In this document: piece after piece, positions 37,200 to 50,113 of the stretch
How the letters are laid out: each line of letters starts with the position of its first letter
How positions within the stretch are numbered: position 1 is the stretch's first letter
From: Lama guanicoe
Taxonomy: Eukaryota
Length of the DNA stretch: 64,000 bases
Assembly: GCA_013239625.1 (NCBI GenBank)
Contig: MU053881.1
Coordinates: 2,232,001-2,296,000 of the forward strand
Direction: 5' to 3'
Program-made: the position numbers and the translations under genes
Notes under the pieces: model-generated
Database searches by the model: none
Told to the model about the DNA's origin: nothing
What the model saw: only the letters and a program-made list of their open reading frames with translations

Positions 37200-38090
37200 A
37201 AGGGGCCACGAGTCAGGCGGGGAAGGTTCTATGGCTCTCCGAGACGTCTTGGATGACATGCCTCGAGGACTCCAGTCCCCGAATTTACGAAGAGCTCTGG
37301 TGGATAAGGAAGGCGAGGGAAAGGACCCCGAGGCCCGGGCGTGAGAAAGCCCTTGACCATCTGCGCGCGACTCCTGGAGTGCTGTGGCCTCAGTTTTCAG
37401 GGGAGCTGGCCAACGGAGCCCGCCCCCGCCGGGGTGCACGAGTCTGGGAGTCCCGGGGCGCGTCACGCAAGGGGGCGGGCCGGGCGCCAGGGGGGTGTGA
37501 CCGTGGACCCGGGGGCTGGTCCGCGTTCCCGCGCCGCGCGTTCGCCACTCCCCGCGAACCGAGCAGGCAGGAGAGGGGCTTCCCGCCTCGGAAGACCCCC
37601 GGACTCACCTTCCTCCCTCCCCACCGGCTGGGCCCCGGACACTGCTTCCCAGAGGCGGCGCGCCCTCTCGCGGTCGAAGCGCAGCCCGTCCGGTTCCCGG
37701 CCCTCCCGCTCCTCCAGGCTGCTGTATGGCCGGGCCCCGCCGCTGTCCGCGGCCTGCACCGTGCCCAGCGCGGGATGCTCCATCTTCCCTGCAAGCCCTA
37801 GCCGGCCGATAGCCACTCATGCACCCCGGTCTCGCGAGATGTGGGTGGGAGGGTGACTTTGCCTGGCCAGCAAATCTCGCGAGGTTTGGGCACCGCCGAC
37901 TGCGTTGCGGTGTCGGCCTTGGCGCTTCTTTTTGGTCACTGCTGGGACCTCGGAGGGTGTGCCTTGGTTTCGAAAGTCGGTCGCCGGCTTGACGGCAGCC
38001 TCCTCCCTCTGGGACAGGCTCGTGCAGTCCTTGGCTCAGGGTTCTCACCTTGCTTACGGTCAGCCTTTGACGCTTCTTACTCGTTTTCGT
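37200..38090. promoter_or_regulatory. ZNF346: ZNF346 CpG-island promoter with two TCTCGCGAGA-type elements
   Basis: CpG-dense; TCTCGCGAGA 37830-37839 and TCTCGCGAGG 37875-37884. Confidence 0.85.
37609..37783 (-). CDS. ZNF346: ZNF346 (JAZ, dsRNA-binding zinc finger protein) exon 1, coding part
   Basis: ATG at 37783 (GGGAAGATGG); [58 protein letters not shown]; donor AAG|GTGAGT; phases of all seven exons join into 294 aa. Confidence 0.95.
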
Positions 38091-38299
38091 GAAGGCCCTA
38101 TTAATGTGGGAGTATTTTCCTCATTTTACTAGTAGGGAAACTGAGGCTCAGACCCTAGAAATGGTTGACTCGAGTTCGCTGCTAGTAAGTGATAGAGGTG
38201 GGACTCCATCTCCAGGATTCGATTGCTGTTAATATTAGATACCATTTGAGTTCCAGATACAACCCCCCAGCCCAAACCTCCCCCTAAGCAACAGACAAA

Positions 38300-39315
38300 G
38301 GCAAAATTTAATCTCCCAACTCTACACCTGCTCCTCCCCCAGTCTTTCTGAAACACTGTTTCTTGTTTCAGTTATTGTAGCGCTCTTACTGGTCCTTTCT
38401 CTTTTCAGGTATTCCCAAAACAGTAGCCCCAGCGATCCTCTAATAACAAGACATATCATGACACCCCGGTGCTCAAATTCTCCGAAATCTTACCATCTTG
38501 CTGTTGTAAAAGCCAAAGCCCTTGGTTTAGCCAACAGGACCTATGCATTCTGGCTTCTCTTAACCTCCCTGACCTCATCTTCTATTGTGTTAGCTTCCAG
38601 CTTCTTCATTCCTGTCCTTGCCTCGTGAAATGCACTTCCCCTATATATCCTCATGGCTCGGTCTGTCAGTTTCTCTGGCTACCTTATCTAAAATTGTGCC
38701 CCTCCACACACACTTCATATTCTCCTTTGCTGCTTTATTTATTTATTTTCCTTAACATTTATCATTATCAGATATAGTATGTATTTTACTTTCTATCTTG
38801 TTTATTGTTTCCCCCCCCTTAGAACGCAAGCCCCAAGAAAGCAGGGATTTTTGTCTATTTTGTTCTCAGCCAAATCCCCCCAGCACCTTGAAATAGAGCC
38901 TGAATCCTCATAGGTGCATACAAAATATTTGTTGAATGAATGAGACTTTTGATATAAAAGTTCAACCTCATTTATTCAAATGCTTATCAAGAGTTTACTA
39001 TGAGGTGGATGTTGTTTTGGATATTAGAATAGGGGTGAACAAGACGGACAGGGAAGCTCTGGTGGAGTGTTTTTTTATTCTAGTGAAGGAGAGTGCAATA
39101 AACAAACCAGCAGATAGTAATAAGTGCTAGGGAGAAAATAAAATGGGAATACATATTGGGTGAATGATATGGGAGGAATATTAGACAGGGTGGTCAGATA
39201 AAGCCTCTGAAGAAATGACATTTGACCTAAGGCCTGACTGATAAGAAGGGGATGGCCATGTAAAGACCTGGGGAAAAGTGTTCCAGGCAGAGGAAACAGC
39301 AGGTGCAAAGGCCCT
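38300..39315. mobile_element. L2 remnants in both orientations, followed by (GA)n at ~39316-39355
   Basis: L2 3' end TTTGTTGAATGAATGA ~38928-38943; GGAAAAGTGTTCCAGGCAGAGGAAACAGCAGGTGCAAAGGCCCTGAG. Confidence 0.65.
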
Positions 39316-39356
<41 letters not shown>

Positions 39357-39794
39357 ATTTTTCTTGCCTGAGACCACACAGGTCACCAGTGGTATTTACT
39401 CATTTATACTACAAATACTGAGCATCAGCTCTGTGTCAGGCCTCATGCCAGAATCTGGAGCTTCCAGTATGATAGATGACTGATGTTTGTGCAGTGCTTT
39501 ACAGTTTATGTAGCACCTTTAACATACATCACAACATTTAATCCTCGGGGTGGTTCTCTTATGATAGATTCTTTCTTTCCTGACAATAGAGACTGAGAGA
39601 GGTGAAGGTTTTAGCAGGGTCACACAACTAGTTAGTGACAGAGCCCAGCCTAAAAACCGATGACTATATATTACTTGTTTGTTTTAAAGAAGACTTCTAG
39701 TTACCCATGTTTGCATAGCATGAGTTTTTCAGGTAGAAATACCAAGAGGTAGAGGGCATTTTTTAAAAGTCCCAGAACTCAAGCATGTATGTAT

Positions 39795-39935
39795 ATTTTT
39801 TAACTTTTTAAAAAATCTTTTTTTTGGGAGGAGGTAATTAGGTTTACTTATTTATTTAAATGGAGGTTCTGAGGATTGAACCTGGGACCTTGTGCATGCT
39901 AAGCATGCACTCTATCACTGAGCTATACCCTTTGC
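39795..39935 (-). mobile_element. Vic-1-like SINE
   Basis: GGTAATTAGGTTT ... GATTGAACCTGGGACC ... CACTGAGCTATACCC. Confidence 0.85.
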
Positions 39936-40579
39936 CTTAAGCATATTTATTTTTTTTTTAACAAAATGGACATATCTTGAGAATGAGGTACATAAGATGC
40001 TATGCATATTATTGGAAAACAGTCCCCTGCCCCACCACTCCCAGTCCAGTCAGGTGCTCAAAATAACTTCCATTTATTCTCCAATGAATGCTGTCACAAT
40101 TTGTCTCCTGTGCCACTGAGGCAGAGTCCTGAGCTACAGCACTGAGTGTCTGAACAGCTCGTGTCACCAGTTTTCTGCTTTGTCTGTATAAATGCTTCTA
40201 ATATTAGTCCAGGCTTGGACTCCTTGCTGGGAACCAGCAGTACAGGTGATGCCTTGTATTTGTGGGTTTGGCTTTTATATTCCTTCCCTGTGGCCAATGA
40301 GAACCACGTCTCAACATATTCTACTGTGTATTGTTGCTATGGGAGAAGAATAATCCCAGGGCAACGGCTTTGCCAAGGGACAGGAACTGGCCACAGTTCA
40401 GCAGACATTTCAGTTGATTAAACACTGATTGTGTGTGTTCTTGGGCATGCAAACCCACACTATGGAGCTTAGTAAAATACTGTTCCTGCTCTCAGGGAGA
40501 TTAAACTCTGGAGCTGAAAGTAGCTGCTGTATATGTAATATCCGAGAGTGTGTGTTAACTGCTATAATGGAAGTGACAA

Positions 40580-41106
40580 CTGTTTTGATTGTGCCCAGGA
40601 CTCAATTTATAGAGGTGATGGAGTGATGGCACAGGAGTTCAATGCCATTGAAAGTTTTGTTACGCACAGCTCCCAAGGGAAAGGGTCATGCTCTGCCATG
40701 CAGAGCTGTATAGGGAAACACCAGGTTTGGTCAGGAGGCAGGTGTGAGGGAGAGCGTTGCCAAGAGCCTTTATTGTGGTTTCTGCAGGAAGGAATGGGTG
40801 AAATTAGGTAAGAGGTTGGGTTGGCTAATTTGAATAATCTCAGTAGGACTCTGGGCTATAGGGGTGGTCCCTAGTTTTCTGGTACCTGACCCTGCGATGA
40901 TTTAGGACAGTGGGAATATTGGCTTGGTGTATGAGAGTAGATGAAGGAGGTAGTGAGGGATATTGGTTTGGATTGGTTGGTTGAAGGCAAGTTGTTTGCT
41001 GTCTCTAGGAATTAGCTAACTCTGAGAGGAGCAGCTCCATCCTGGTCTGCAAGGCTCCCCGATACCAAAGCATCATAAAATACAAGGGGAAGAAATGAGT
41101 AATACA
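40580..41106 (-). mobile_element. ERVL-type LTR (MER74-like)
   Basis: Minus strand starts TGTATTACTC ... TGATGCTTTGGTATCGGGGAGCCTTGCAGACC, like the recalled MER74 5' end; AATAAA on minus ~40769-40774. Confidence 0.55.
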
Positions 41107-41202
41107 GCAACCAAGGCTAGTGTGGATGGGATGGGACAATGAAGTCACAGTTATGGGGATCACGATGGTTTCTGGGTTACCTCATATTATTGCAGAAAAA
41201 TG

Positions 41203-41695
41203 TGTTACAGTCGGTGTTACAGCTCATTTGTAACGGCAACCTGGATCCTGGGTAAGAGACCAAGCAGCACTCCGAGAGTTGGAGAACTCACGTTTATTAC
41301 ACTAGCAGGCCCAGAGGAGTTAACACTCCAAGCTCTGGACCCCATCTGTAGGTTTACACTGGCTTTTATAGGCTGCCAGTGTACACTTTGCAATATCATA
41401 TGCAAATGAGCTGTAATGAAAGTTGACTAATTAGGAACAAACTTTGTAGAAATGGACCAATCAGGAGGGAGAGGAATAACCAGTCAGGAGTGAGGGAAAT
41501 GGACCAATCAGGAGTGAGAGAAATAACCAATCAGGAGTGAGCTCAGGGAACCAATAGAATTTTAGGGGTAACTAAGCGTTTCAGAGGCAAAAAGTGAGAT
41601 AGAGCCTCTGGGCCAGGGAACCAGATGGTTCTGGCAGGAGAGTAGTGGCCCTGCCTAGGGGTCCTGCCTGTCTTTTTATGGGGCTTCCCTCCTCA
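41203..41695 (-). mobile_element. Solo endogenous retrovirus LTR (~490 bp)
   Basis: TG...CA termini; flanks AAATG/ATATG (near-TSD); tandem CCAAT repeats 41449-41541; TATAAAA 41370-41364; AATAAA 41298-41293. Confidence 0.8.
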
Positions 41696-42944
41696 ATATG
41701 AGGCTTTCTACTTTGCAGTTCTGTAAACACATCTCCATATATTAGAATTGGCTGTAGAGTAGGTTTTTACTGACAGGGTAAGAACAAGTGTTATTTGACT
41801 CAGAAGCTGAGATTGATTAAAAAAACAGCATGGATGCTCCTGAGGGAAACTCTGGAAAAGCCGCACTTTGGCAGGCATTTCTTTGCTGCAATCCTAGTCT
41901 ACTTCTCAGCCTGAATCATTTTATTACAGTATCTTCAGAGCTGCATGCAGGGAAGCAGTATCCTCAGGGGATGCCAAGTTTTAATTCGGCTACTTTCCAA
42001 GGATACATTAAGGCTATAGTGGAGTTTGCTGATCAAAGACTGGGCTTTCCAGAGGATTTTGAGAAGGAAGAGGATTAGACTAGATTCAAGTAGAGCTTCC
42101 CAACTTTTTCCATGTCACAGCCTGCCTAGAAAATGAGCATATCTGTCTGGCAAGTTAGAATAAATAGATAAGACTGCTTCTTCTCATCAACCCAGTGGAG
42201 GTCCAGGGACTCTGACTATTCTAGGCCCTGCCAAGCCATCCTTGGGGCAGGAAGGGTGGATTTTCAGAGGCATATGTGGTACAAGGGATGGCCGTGATGT
42301 TCTGGACCCAGATGAGGCAAGCAGGATGGGTATTAATCCTGTGATCTCTGAGAAAAAAAATAGGTGGTCAGTTCAAACTGGGAGGTCCTCAGCTTGACAT
42401 CACCTACTTCATCCTGCATCCATGACCTATGCCATATTTGGTAAATTATTTAACATTTGTGAGTCTGCTTCTTCATCTATAAGTGAGAAAATGATACCCA
42501 TCTCAAATGGTGGTTGTGAAGATTAACCAAAAATAATCTCGATGCTTAGCACATTGCCTGGCACATAATAATTGATAGCTGTTATCAGTTTATTCTGAAA
42601 GCTACATTTTTTTTCTGGTAATTTAACAAATTGATACTAGGTTCTAGTCTTTATCTTGGTGAAAACCTAAATCCTCAATCCTGCTTTTCTAGAACCAGTT
42701 TTAGATGCTGTGATTCCTAGAACCAGCTTCAGTGAATAGTCTGTGCATTTGATTATGGATCAAGGTGACTTAGTCTAGTTTGATGTGTCCATCGAAATCC
42801 AGAGTGGCCTGAAATGATCAATGAAGCTCTGTCATTGCTACTGAAGGATTGCGAAGAAATCCGTGTAGATTTTGAACTGGCATACTGGTTTGAGTCACAG
42901 CAAATCAATAGCCTTTGTTTAGGGGCTGCTATATTATGTGCCAG

Positions 42945-43222
42945 TGTCTTAGTCCATCTGGACTGCTATAACAAAATACCATAGATTGAGTGGCTTAAAT
43001 TACAAACATTTATTTCTTGTAGTTCTGGAGGCTGGAAAGTCCAAGATCAGAGTGCTGGCAGATCTGGCGTCCGGTGGGGGCTTTCTTCCTGGTCCACAGG
43101 AAGCCATCTTCTCCCTTGTCTTCACACGGCAGAGAGGGTGAGGGAGCCCTCTAGAGTCTCTTTTATAAGGGCACTAATCCCATTAATGGGGATAACCACC
43201 CTCATTACCCATTCACCTCCAA
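42945..43222 (-). mobile_element. MLT1A/B-like LTR fragment
   Basis: TGTCTTAGTCCATCTGGACTGCTATAACAAAATACCATAG ... TTCTGGAGGCTGGAAAGTCCAAGATC. Confidence 0.8.
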
Positions 43223-43224
43223 TT

Positions 43225-44520
43225 CAATTTCACTTCTAGTGATTGGTCTGTTCAAATAATCTCTTTCTTTTTGATTCAGTTTTGGTGGGCTATATGTTAC
43301 TAGAAATTTGTCCGTTTCTTCTAGATGGTCCAATTTTTTGGCATATAGTTGTTCATGGTATTCTCTTATGGTTTTTGGTATTTTTAACTCTTTACTTTTA
43401 ATTACAAAGTTTTAAGTAAGAACTTCTTTAAACATCTACTTTGAATGGGCACATATGAGTTTTTTCTGGTTTTAAAAATGTTATGAAATAATTGATTCTT
43501 TTCATTGCTTCAGGGTGTTCTAATCTTTAATTAACTGAATCCTTGAGGTAATTCTTGCCCCTTCTCTTCTGAAACAATCTGACGTGTATAGAAAAGTTGT
43601 AAGCATGGTACAGAGAACTTTGTTGAACCATTGAGAGGAGTTGCTGACCTGATGTCTCATTGTCCTCAAAACCTTGGTAGGTATTTCATACAAACAAGGA
43701 TATTCTCCCAAATAGTTAAAATACAACCATCAGAATTAGGAAATTAACTGTCTGAATTTTGCCAAATGTCCTCATACCTCCTTTGTAGCAAAAGGATCCA
43801 GTTTAGATTCATGTGTTGCTTTTGGTTGTCAAATGCTTTAGTTTTCTTCCCTCTGAAACAGTTCCTTAGACTCTCCTTATCTTTTATGACCCCAACATTT
43901 TTGAAGATTACAGGCCAGTTATTTTGTAGGATGTCCTTCAGTTTGAGTTTGGTATTTCTTCAGATTATGCATCTTTGGTAGAAATATTAGAGAAGTGATG
44001 CTGTGTTCTCACTGAGTACTTTCAGATAATATACAACCTTGATATGTCTTCTTACTGATGATGCAAAATTACTCTTATAATTTATAATAAAGAAGTGTAT
44101 TGCTTATAATCAATAAGTATATTGTGGGAAATTACTTTGAAGCCTTGTAAATATCCTGTTCTTCATCAAACTTTCCATTTATTCATTTATATACAGATGG
44201 GCTCATGGTTTCCTATTTTATTCAGTGAGTTGTAATCAGTTACTATTATTTATTTTGATGCTCAGATTATCCCAGATTTGGCCAGCTGGAGTCCCTTTGG
44301 GCTGACTCCTTTGTCCTTTGATAGGTTCCTCATCATTCTTTGCACACTTCATTACTTGCTGGCATAACTAGATGCTCCAGGCTCATCTCATATTTTACCT
44401 GCCACAGCCATGGAATGGAATGGAATCAGTCATTTCTCCAAAGAATCCCAGGTCATTTTAGTGGATAAAGGTATTTGCCTTTGGGATGTTGATGCTCCTT
44501 GACCTTCTCAGTAAACAGAG
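43225..44520 (-). mobile_element. L1 fragments (short ORF2 piece plus L1MC-like 3' UTR)
   Basis: GGTCTGTTCAAAT ... TTTGTCCGTTTCTTCTAG; ACAGGCCAGTTATTTTGTAGGATGTCC. Confidence 0.65.
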
Positions 44521-44989
44521 CTAGGGCAACAGTATACCCCAAAGTGTTGTATTGCTTTTTCTTACCCTGCTCAGACTCTCACTCCAGTCAGGCTCTGACT
44601 TCTCAAGCTGGGCTGGCTCCCTGTGTGGACAAACTCCTTACTCTGGTCAGGCTCTGATACTCTGTACTAGGCTGCTGCTCTGCCAGGATGTTCTTTTTAC
44701 CACATTTGGGTTCTACTCTTCATACTTGGCAGCTCTCCCACATGGATGCTCTCCTTACCCCTTCAGGCTCCATCATTACATTCTTGGTCGCTGTAGCTCT
44801 TCCCATCCCGGATACAAGTGCCTGCCTTGTTTTGCACACTTTTGTGTCACTCCCCTTTCCCATTCCCAGCTCTAGACCATTACTCATCTATTTTGTGTCT
44901 CTATTGATTTGCGTTTTTTTTTTTTACTTAGCAGTATATCCTGGGAGATCCCTATATATATCTGTTTTAAAAAAATATAAACCTGTTTT

Positions 44990-46935
44990 ACTCACTTAAG
45001 TAAAATTTTATCGAAGTATGACACATATGTAGAAAAGTACACAAATCGTAAGTGTATGACTTGATTAATTTTCACAGAGTGAACACTGTCATGTAACCAG
45101 AACTCAGATCAAGAAACAGAACGCTGCTAGTGTGAAAGTAGCCCTTCTTGTGCCACCTTCTCATTAGGTCCCCCACCACCCTAGGGTGATGACCATCCTG
45201 ATTTCTTAACGCCATAGATTAATTTTTGCGTGTTTTGAATTTTATATATATGGAATCATACAGTAGGTGTATGTGGGTGTTTGCTTTTGCTTTTTCTTCC
45301 CCAGTATTATATCTGTGAGAATAATCAATATTATTGCATCCAGTTGTAGTTTGTTCATTCTCATTACTCCATGGGATTTTTTGTTTGTTTGCTTTTTGGA
45401 GGGGGGAGGTAAGTAGGTTTATTTATTTACTGGAGGTACTGAGGATTGAACCCAGGACCTTGTGCATGCTAAGCATGTGCTCTACCACTTGAGCTACATC
45501 TTCCCCTCCTTGAAGGTATCCTTTTGATGAACTTTTGTGCTCACTCCCCTAGGAGTGGAATCCCTGGATCATATTGTATGCATAAGCTCAACTTCAGGAT
45601 AGAAACTGCTAAACAATTTCCCAAAGTAGTTCTTCCAATTTATACTCTTAACCAGCAATTGGCCTACATCCCTATTAACACTTGATGTTTTCTGTCTTTT
45701 TCATTTTAGTCATGATGTTGAGTATGTAATGAAATTACCAGTGGTAGACTATTTGCATACATAGTGACTAATGCAGCTGACTACCCTTTCATAGGTTTAT
45801 TTGCCATTTAGTATCCTCTTTTGTGAATTACATGCTTAACATTTAATTCTTTTGCTCATTTTTCCATTGGATTATCTGCCTTTTTCTTCCTCCTGAGGAA
45901 AAGGACACTGGATACAAATACTCTGTGGCTGAATATATATGTATATTTTTTTCCCACACTAAAATATCTTTTCCCACTCTGCTGCTTTACTTTTCATTGT
46001 TCCATTATGTATTTTGATGAACAGAAGGTTTTTGTTCTTCCAGTTTTATTGAGATATAACTGACATACAGCACTGTAAGTTTAAGGTATGCAGCATAATG
46101 ATTTGACTTAGGTACATCAACATGATTCGCATGGTAAGTTTAGTGAACATCTATTATCTCATATAGATATAAAATCAAAGAAATAGAAAAAAATGTTTTT
46201 TTCCTTGTGATGAAAACTCTTAGGATTTACTCTCTTAACAACTTTCATATATAACATATAGCAGTGTCAGTTATATTTATCATTTTGTACATTATATCCC
46301 TAGTATTTATTTATCTTGTAACTGGAAGTTTGTACCTTTTGACTACCTTCATCCGATTCCCTCCTCCCCCAGCCCCTGCCTCTGGTAAGCACAAATCTGA
46401 TCTCTTATTCTATGCATTTGTTTTTGAGGTATAACTGATTCTACAGAACAGAAGTTCTTAATTTTAGTATACCCCACTTTCTGTTTTTTTTATGACTAAT
46501 GCTTTGTGTCCTATTTAAAAAATGTTTTCCTACCCTGAAGTTTTGAAGATATGCTTCTGTGTTTTCTTGTACTGTTTTACCTTTCCCAGATTCAAAGCCA
46601 TTTGGAATTGATTTTTGGTCATGTATGAGGTAGGGGTGATGATTCACTTTTTTATCCCATGTGGACATTAATCTGATCCTGTACCATTTATCGAAAAGGC
46701 TATCCTTTCCCCACTACATATATCAGATGTCCATAAATGTGTGGGTTTGTTTCTGGATTCTCTGTTCTGTACCAATATTCTGCTTGTCTAACTTTGTGCC
46801 AAAACCACGCTGTCTTAATTATTATAGCTTTATAATACATCTTAAGGTCAGTAGTGTATTTCCTAAAGCTTTGTTTTTCTTCTTCAAGATTGCCTTGGCA
46901 ATTACATTCCATATAAAGTTGGAATCAGCTTGACA
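44990..46935 (-). mobile_element. Old L1 (3' UTR and ORF2 remnant) with nested SINE and younger L1 3' end
   Basis: ORF 46700-46912 ([19 protein letters not shown]...[15 protein letters not shown]) is an L1 ORF2p remnant; nested L1 46028-46445 has TSD GAACAGAAG. Confidence 0.85.
45378..45510 (-). mobile_element. Vic-1-like SINE
   Basis: GGAGGTACTGAGGATTGAACCCAGGACCTTGTGCATGCTAAGC. Confidence 0.85.
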
Positions 46936-49321
46936 GTAAAGGACTTGTGTATTATTCATATTTTATTCTTACCACTTGACATAGTGCCCGACAGGGTATG
47001 CTCAATGGATATTTGTTAAGTAAATGAATGGAGGAACTAGAATGTAATCACTGAAATATAAGCTGTTAGGAAGATATGGGAATTTTGATTCTTGTTCCGT
47101 GATATATCCAAAGCACCTAAGGAAATAGCTGGCCCACAGCAGGCACTCAGTATAATTAGTTGGGTAAATGAGAATGAGTAAACACTGATCTTTGGCTCCA
47201 GGTTCCTACTTGTCTTTCAGCTTCAAGCTTGAATATATCTTCTTGGGGAAACCTTCCTTAATAGCTTCTGACAAAGTTCTCTGGTTATATTCCATAGTTT
47301 CCCATAATCTGCCTTTATAAAATTCATCACACTTGTAATTGTTTGTATATTATTTTTTATTCCCTGCTAGACTGTCAGGGCCTGGGTCTGTCTTGTTTGC
47401 TGTATCCTTAGTACCTTGTATTAGGACACATAGTTGGCTTTCAATTATTGTTGACAGATTAATGCAAGAAGCAACCAAATGTCTTAGAATGGAGATTGTT
47501 TTATAAGAGGAGGAGATGTTGGTTCTGAGCTTTGGAGGATGATTAAGAATTCTATATATGGAGAAGGAGAGAAAGTTAATTTTAGATAATGGGAAAACTG
47601 TGTAGCAGATGGTAAGGCGTCAGTGTATGTGACACTAGGGAACGGCAGCTGGAGCCTAGTGTGGGGAGTGGTAGGAGCTAAACCTGGAAAGTTATGCTGA
47701 ACACGCTGTGAGAGAGCTGTGCTTATTCTGTGGGCAGTGATGAGTTATTAAAGGTTCTTATGTAGAAAAGTGGTAGGATCAGTGTGTAAAAGATAATGCT
47801 GGTGCTAGCACATAAGCTATTGCAATAATCCAGGTGTGACATGAGAGGGGCCTGAACCAAGGCAGAGGCAAAGGAGGGAGTGGATCCAAGTGTCCTGAAG
47901 TCAGGATTCCATGACCCATGGAATGTGCCCTGGGTGGTGCAGGAGACTCACAGCTTGAGGGAGTGGGTGGATAGTACATAATACCCTTAACAGAGATAAG
48001 GAACATAACAGGTATGCAGGTATAGAGGAGAATACAGTGAATTTGTGAATTTTTCCAACTTTTTTTTCATTGCAGTAGAATATACATAACATGAAATTTA
48101 CTATCTTAACCATTTTTATTTTCCCTTTTAAATTTTTATTTTTATTATTTTTTAATCTGAACCATTTTAAGTGTCCATTTCAGTGGTATTGAGTACATTC
48201 ATACTGTGTAACCATTACCACCATTACTTCTAGATCCTTTTTCATCTTGTAAAATTGAAATGCTATAGCCTTTAAAAAATAACCCCCTATTTTCCCCTTC
48301 CCCTAGCCCCTGGCAGTCACCATTACACTTTCTGTCTCTGTGATTTTAACTACTTTAAGTACCTCATATAAGTGGAATCTGATAGAGATGGTGTTGAATC
48401 TGTAGATCAGTTTGGGAGTATTGCCATATTAAGTGTGAAGTCTTCTGATCATGAACATGGGATATTTTTCTAATTATTTAGATCTGTAAGTTCAGATTTC
48501 TGTAAGGTTAATAGTAATGTCCCGCTTTCATTTCTGACTCTGGTTATTTATGTCATCTCTGTTTTTATCTTGGTTAATATTGCTAAGTGTTTTTCAATTG
48601 TATAGATCTTTTCAAAGAACCAGCATTTGGTTTCAGTGCTTTTCAATGTGTTTATATCCTCTGTTTTATTAATTTCTGCCCTTTACTTTGTTATTTCCTT
48701 CCTTCCGCTTGCTTGAGGCTTAGTGTACTCCTCGTTTTCCAATGTGTTGAGGTGGAAGGTTAGGTTATTGATTTGTGATCTCCTTTCGTCATAGCAGCAT
48801 TGCAGCTATAAATTTCCCTCTAAGCACTGCTTTAGTTGCATTAAATTTTGGTTGTCATATGATATCACTCATATGTGGTATCTGAAAAAACAAAGGACAC
48901 TACGAACTCATCCACAAAACAGAAACAGACTCGAAGACATAGTAAACAATCTTACAGTTACCAGGCAAAGGGAGTGGGAAGGGATAAATTTGGGAATTTG
49001 AGATTTGCGAATGTTAGTCACTATATATAAAAATAGATTAAAAAACAAGTTTCTTCTGTATAGCACAGGGAACTGTATTCAATATCTTGTAATAACCTTT
49101 AATGAAAAAGAATATGAAAACAACAACAGCAACACAAGAAAATATATGCCATTTTAGGGGTAGGCAGAGATTTTTCAGAGGGACGCACAAGGCACTGGCC
49201 ATAACACATAGATACATTCTTCAAAATTAAATTTTTTAAATCAAATTGTACTTTAAGAAATGAAAAAGTAAGCCACAGAGCAGAAGAGTAGAAGAAAATG
49301 TTTGATTATAAATTATATATA

Positions 49322-49540
49322 CAATTGGCCCTTGAACAACACACAACTGAAAGTCTATAACTTTTGACTCCCTAAAACTTAACTACTAATAGCCCAAGGT
49401 TGACTGCAGGCCTTACCAATAACATAAATAGTCTATTAATATATATTTTGTGTCATATGTATTGTATACTATATTCTCACAATAAAGTAAACTAGAGAAA
49501 AGAAATGTTATTAAGAAAATCATGAGGAAGACAAAATAAA
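49322..49540 (+). mobile_element. Tigger2-family DNA transposon fragment
   Basis: CAATTGGCCCTTGAACAAC ... TATAACTTTTGACTCCC ... AATAAAGTAAACTAGAGAAAAG; only one terminus present. Confidence 0.7.
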
Positions 49541-50113
49541 ACAGTAAGTTTTGGTTGTGTCTTGATTTTCATTCATCTTAAATTACATGTGCAGTTTTAC
49601 TCTTTGTTTTCTATGTGTGTCGTGTATTTTTTGTTCCTTTATTCTTCCTTTGCTGCTTTTTTTTTTGTTTTGCTTATAAGTGAGTATTTCTTAATGTAGC
49701 ATTTTAATTTCTTTACTGGCTTTCTATTTTATTAAATTTTTTCAGTGATTGCATCATATACATCTTACCAGAATCAGCTTTAGATTCTGATACTAGCTTA
49801 TTCTAATTGGTGTATAGAAGTGTTATTCCTGTATAGCTCTATTCCCTTTCCTCCTTTTTGTGGTATTATTGTTATATGTATTGCACAATCAGTATTGTAA
49901 ACCCAACAACATGTTGTTACTTTACCATCTCTAGTCATTTCCTTAGCCTAGTACAGCTTTCTTCTCACTCATTTTTTGTGCCCTTATTAGCAAATGTATA
50001 AGATATATATTACATTTCTTATGTTATCGTACCAACAGTACATTATATATATAATATATTATACAGTGTTTTTATATCACTTAAGAAGAGAAAGGAGAAA
50101 AATTATACATATA

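Noticed and set aside
37253..37856. Plus-strand 182-aa and 171-aa ORFs antisense to ZNF346 exon 1
   Set aside because: CpG-island artefacts with non-ATG starts and no recognisable homology.
41449..41541. Regular ~23-bp tandem array that might suggest a CRISPR-like structure
   Set aside because: No unique spacers; it is a U3 enhancer repeat in an LTR, in a eukaryotic genome.
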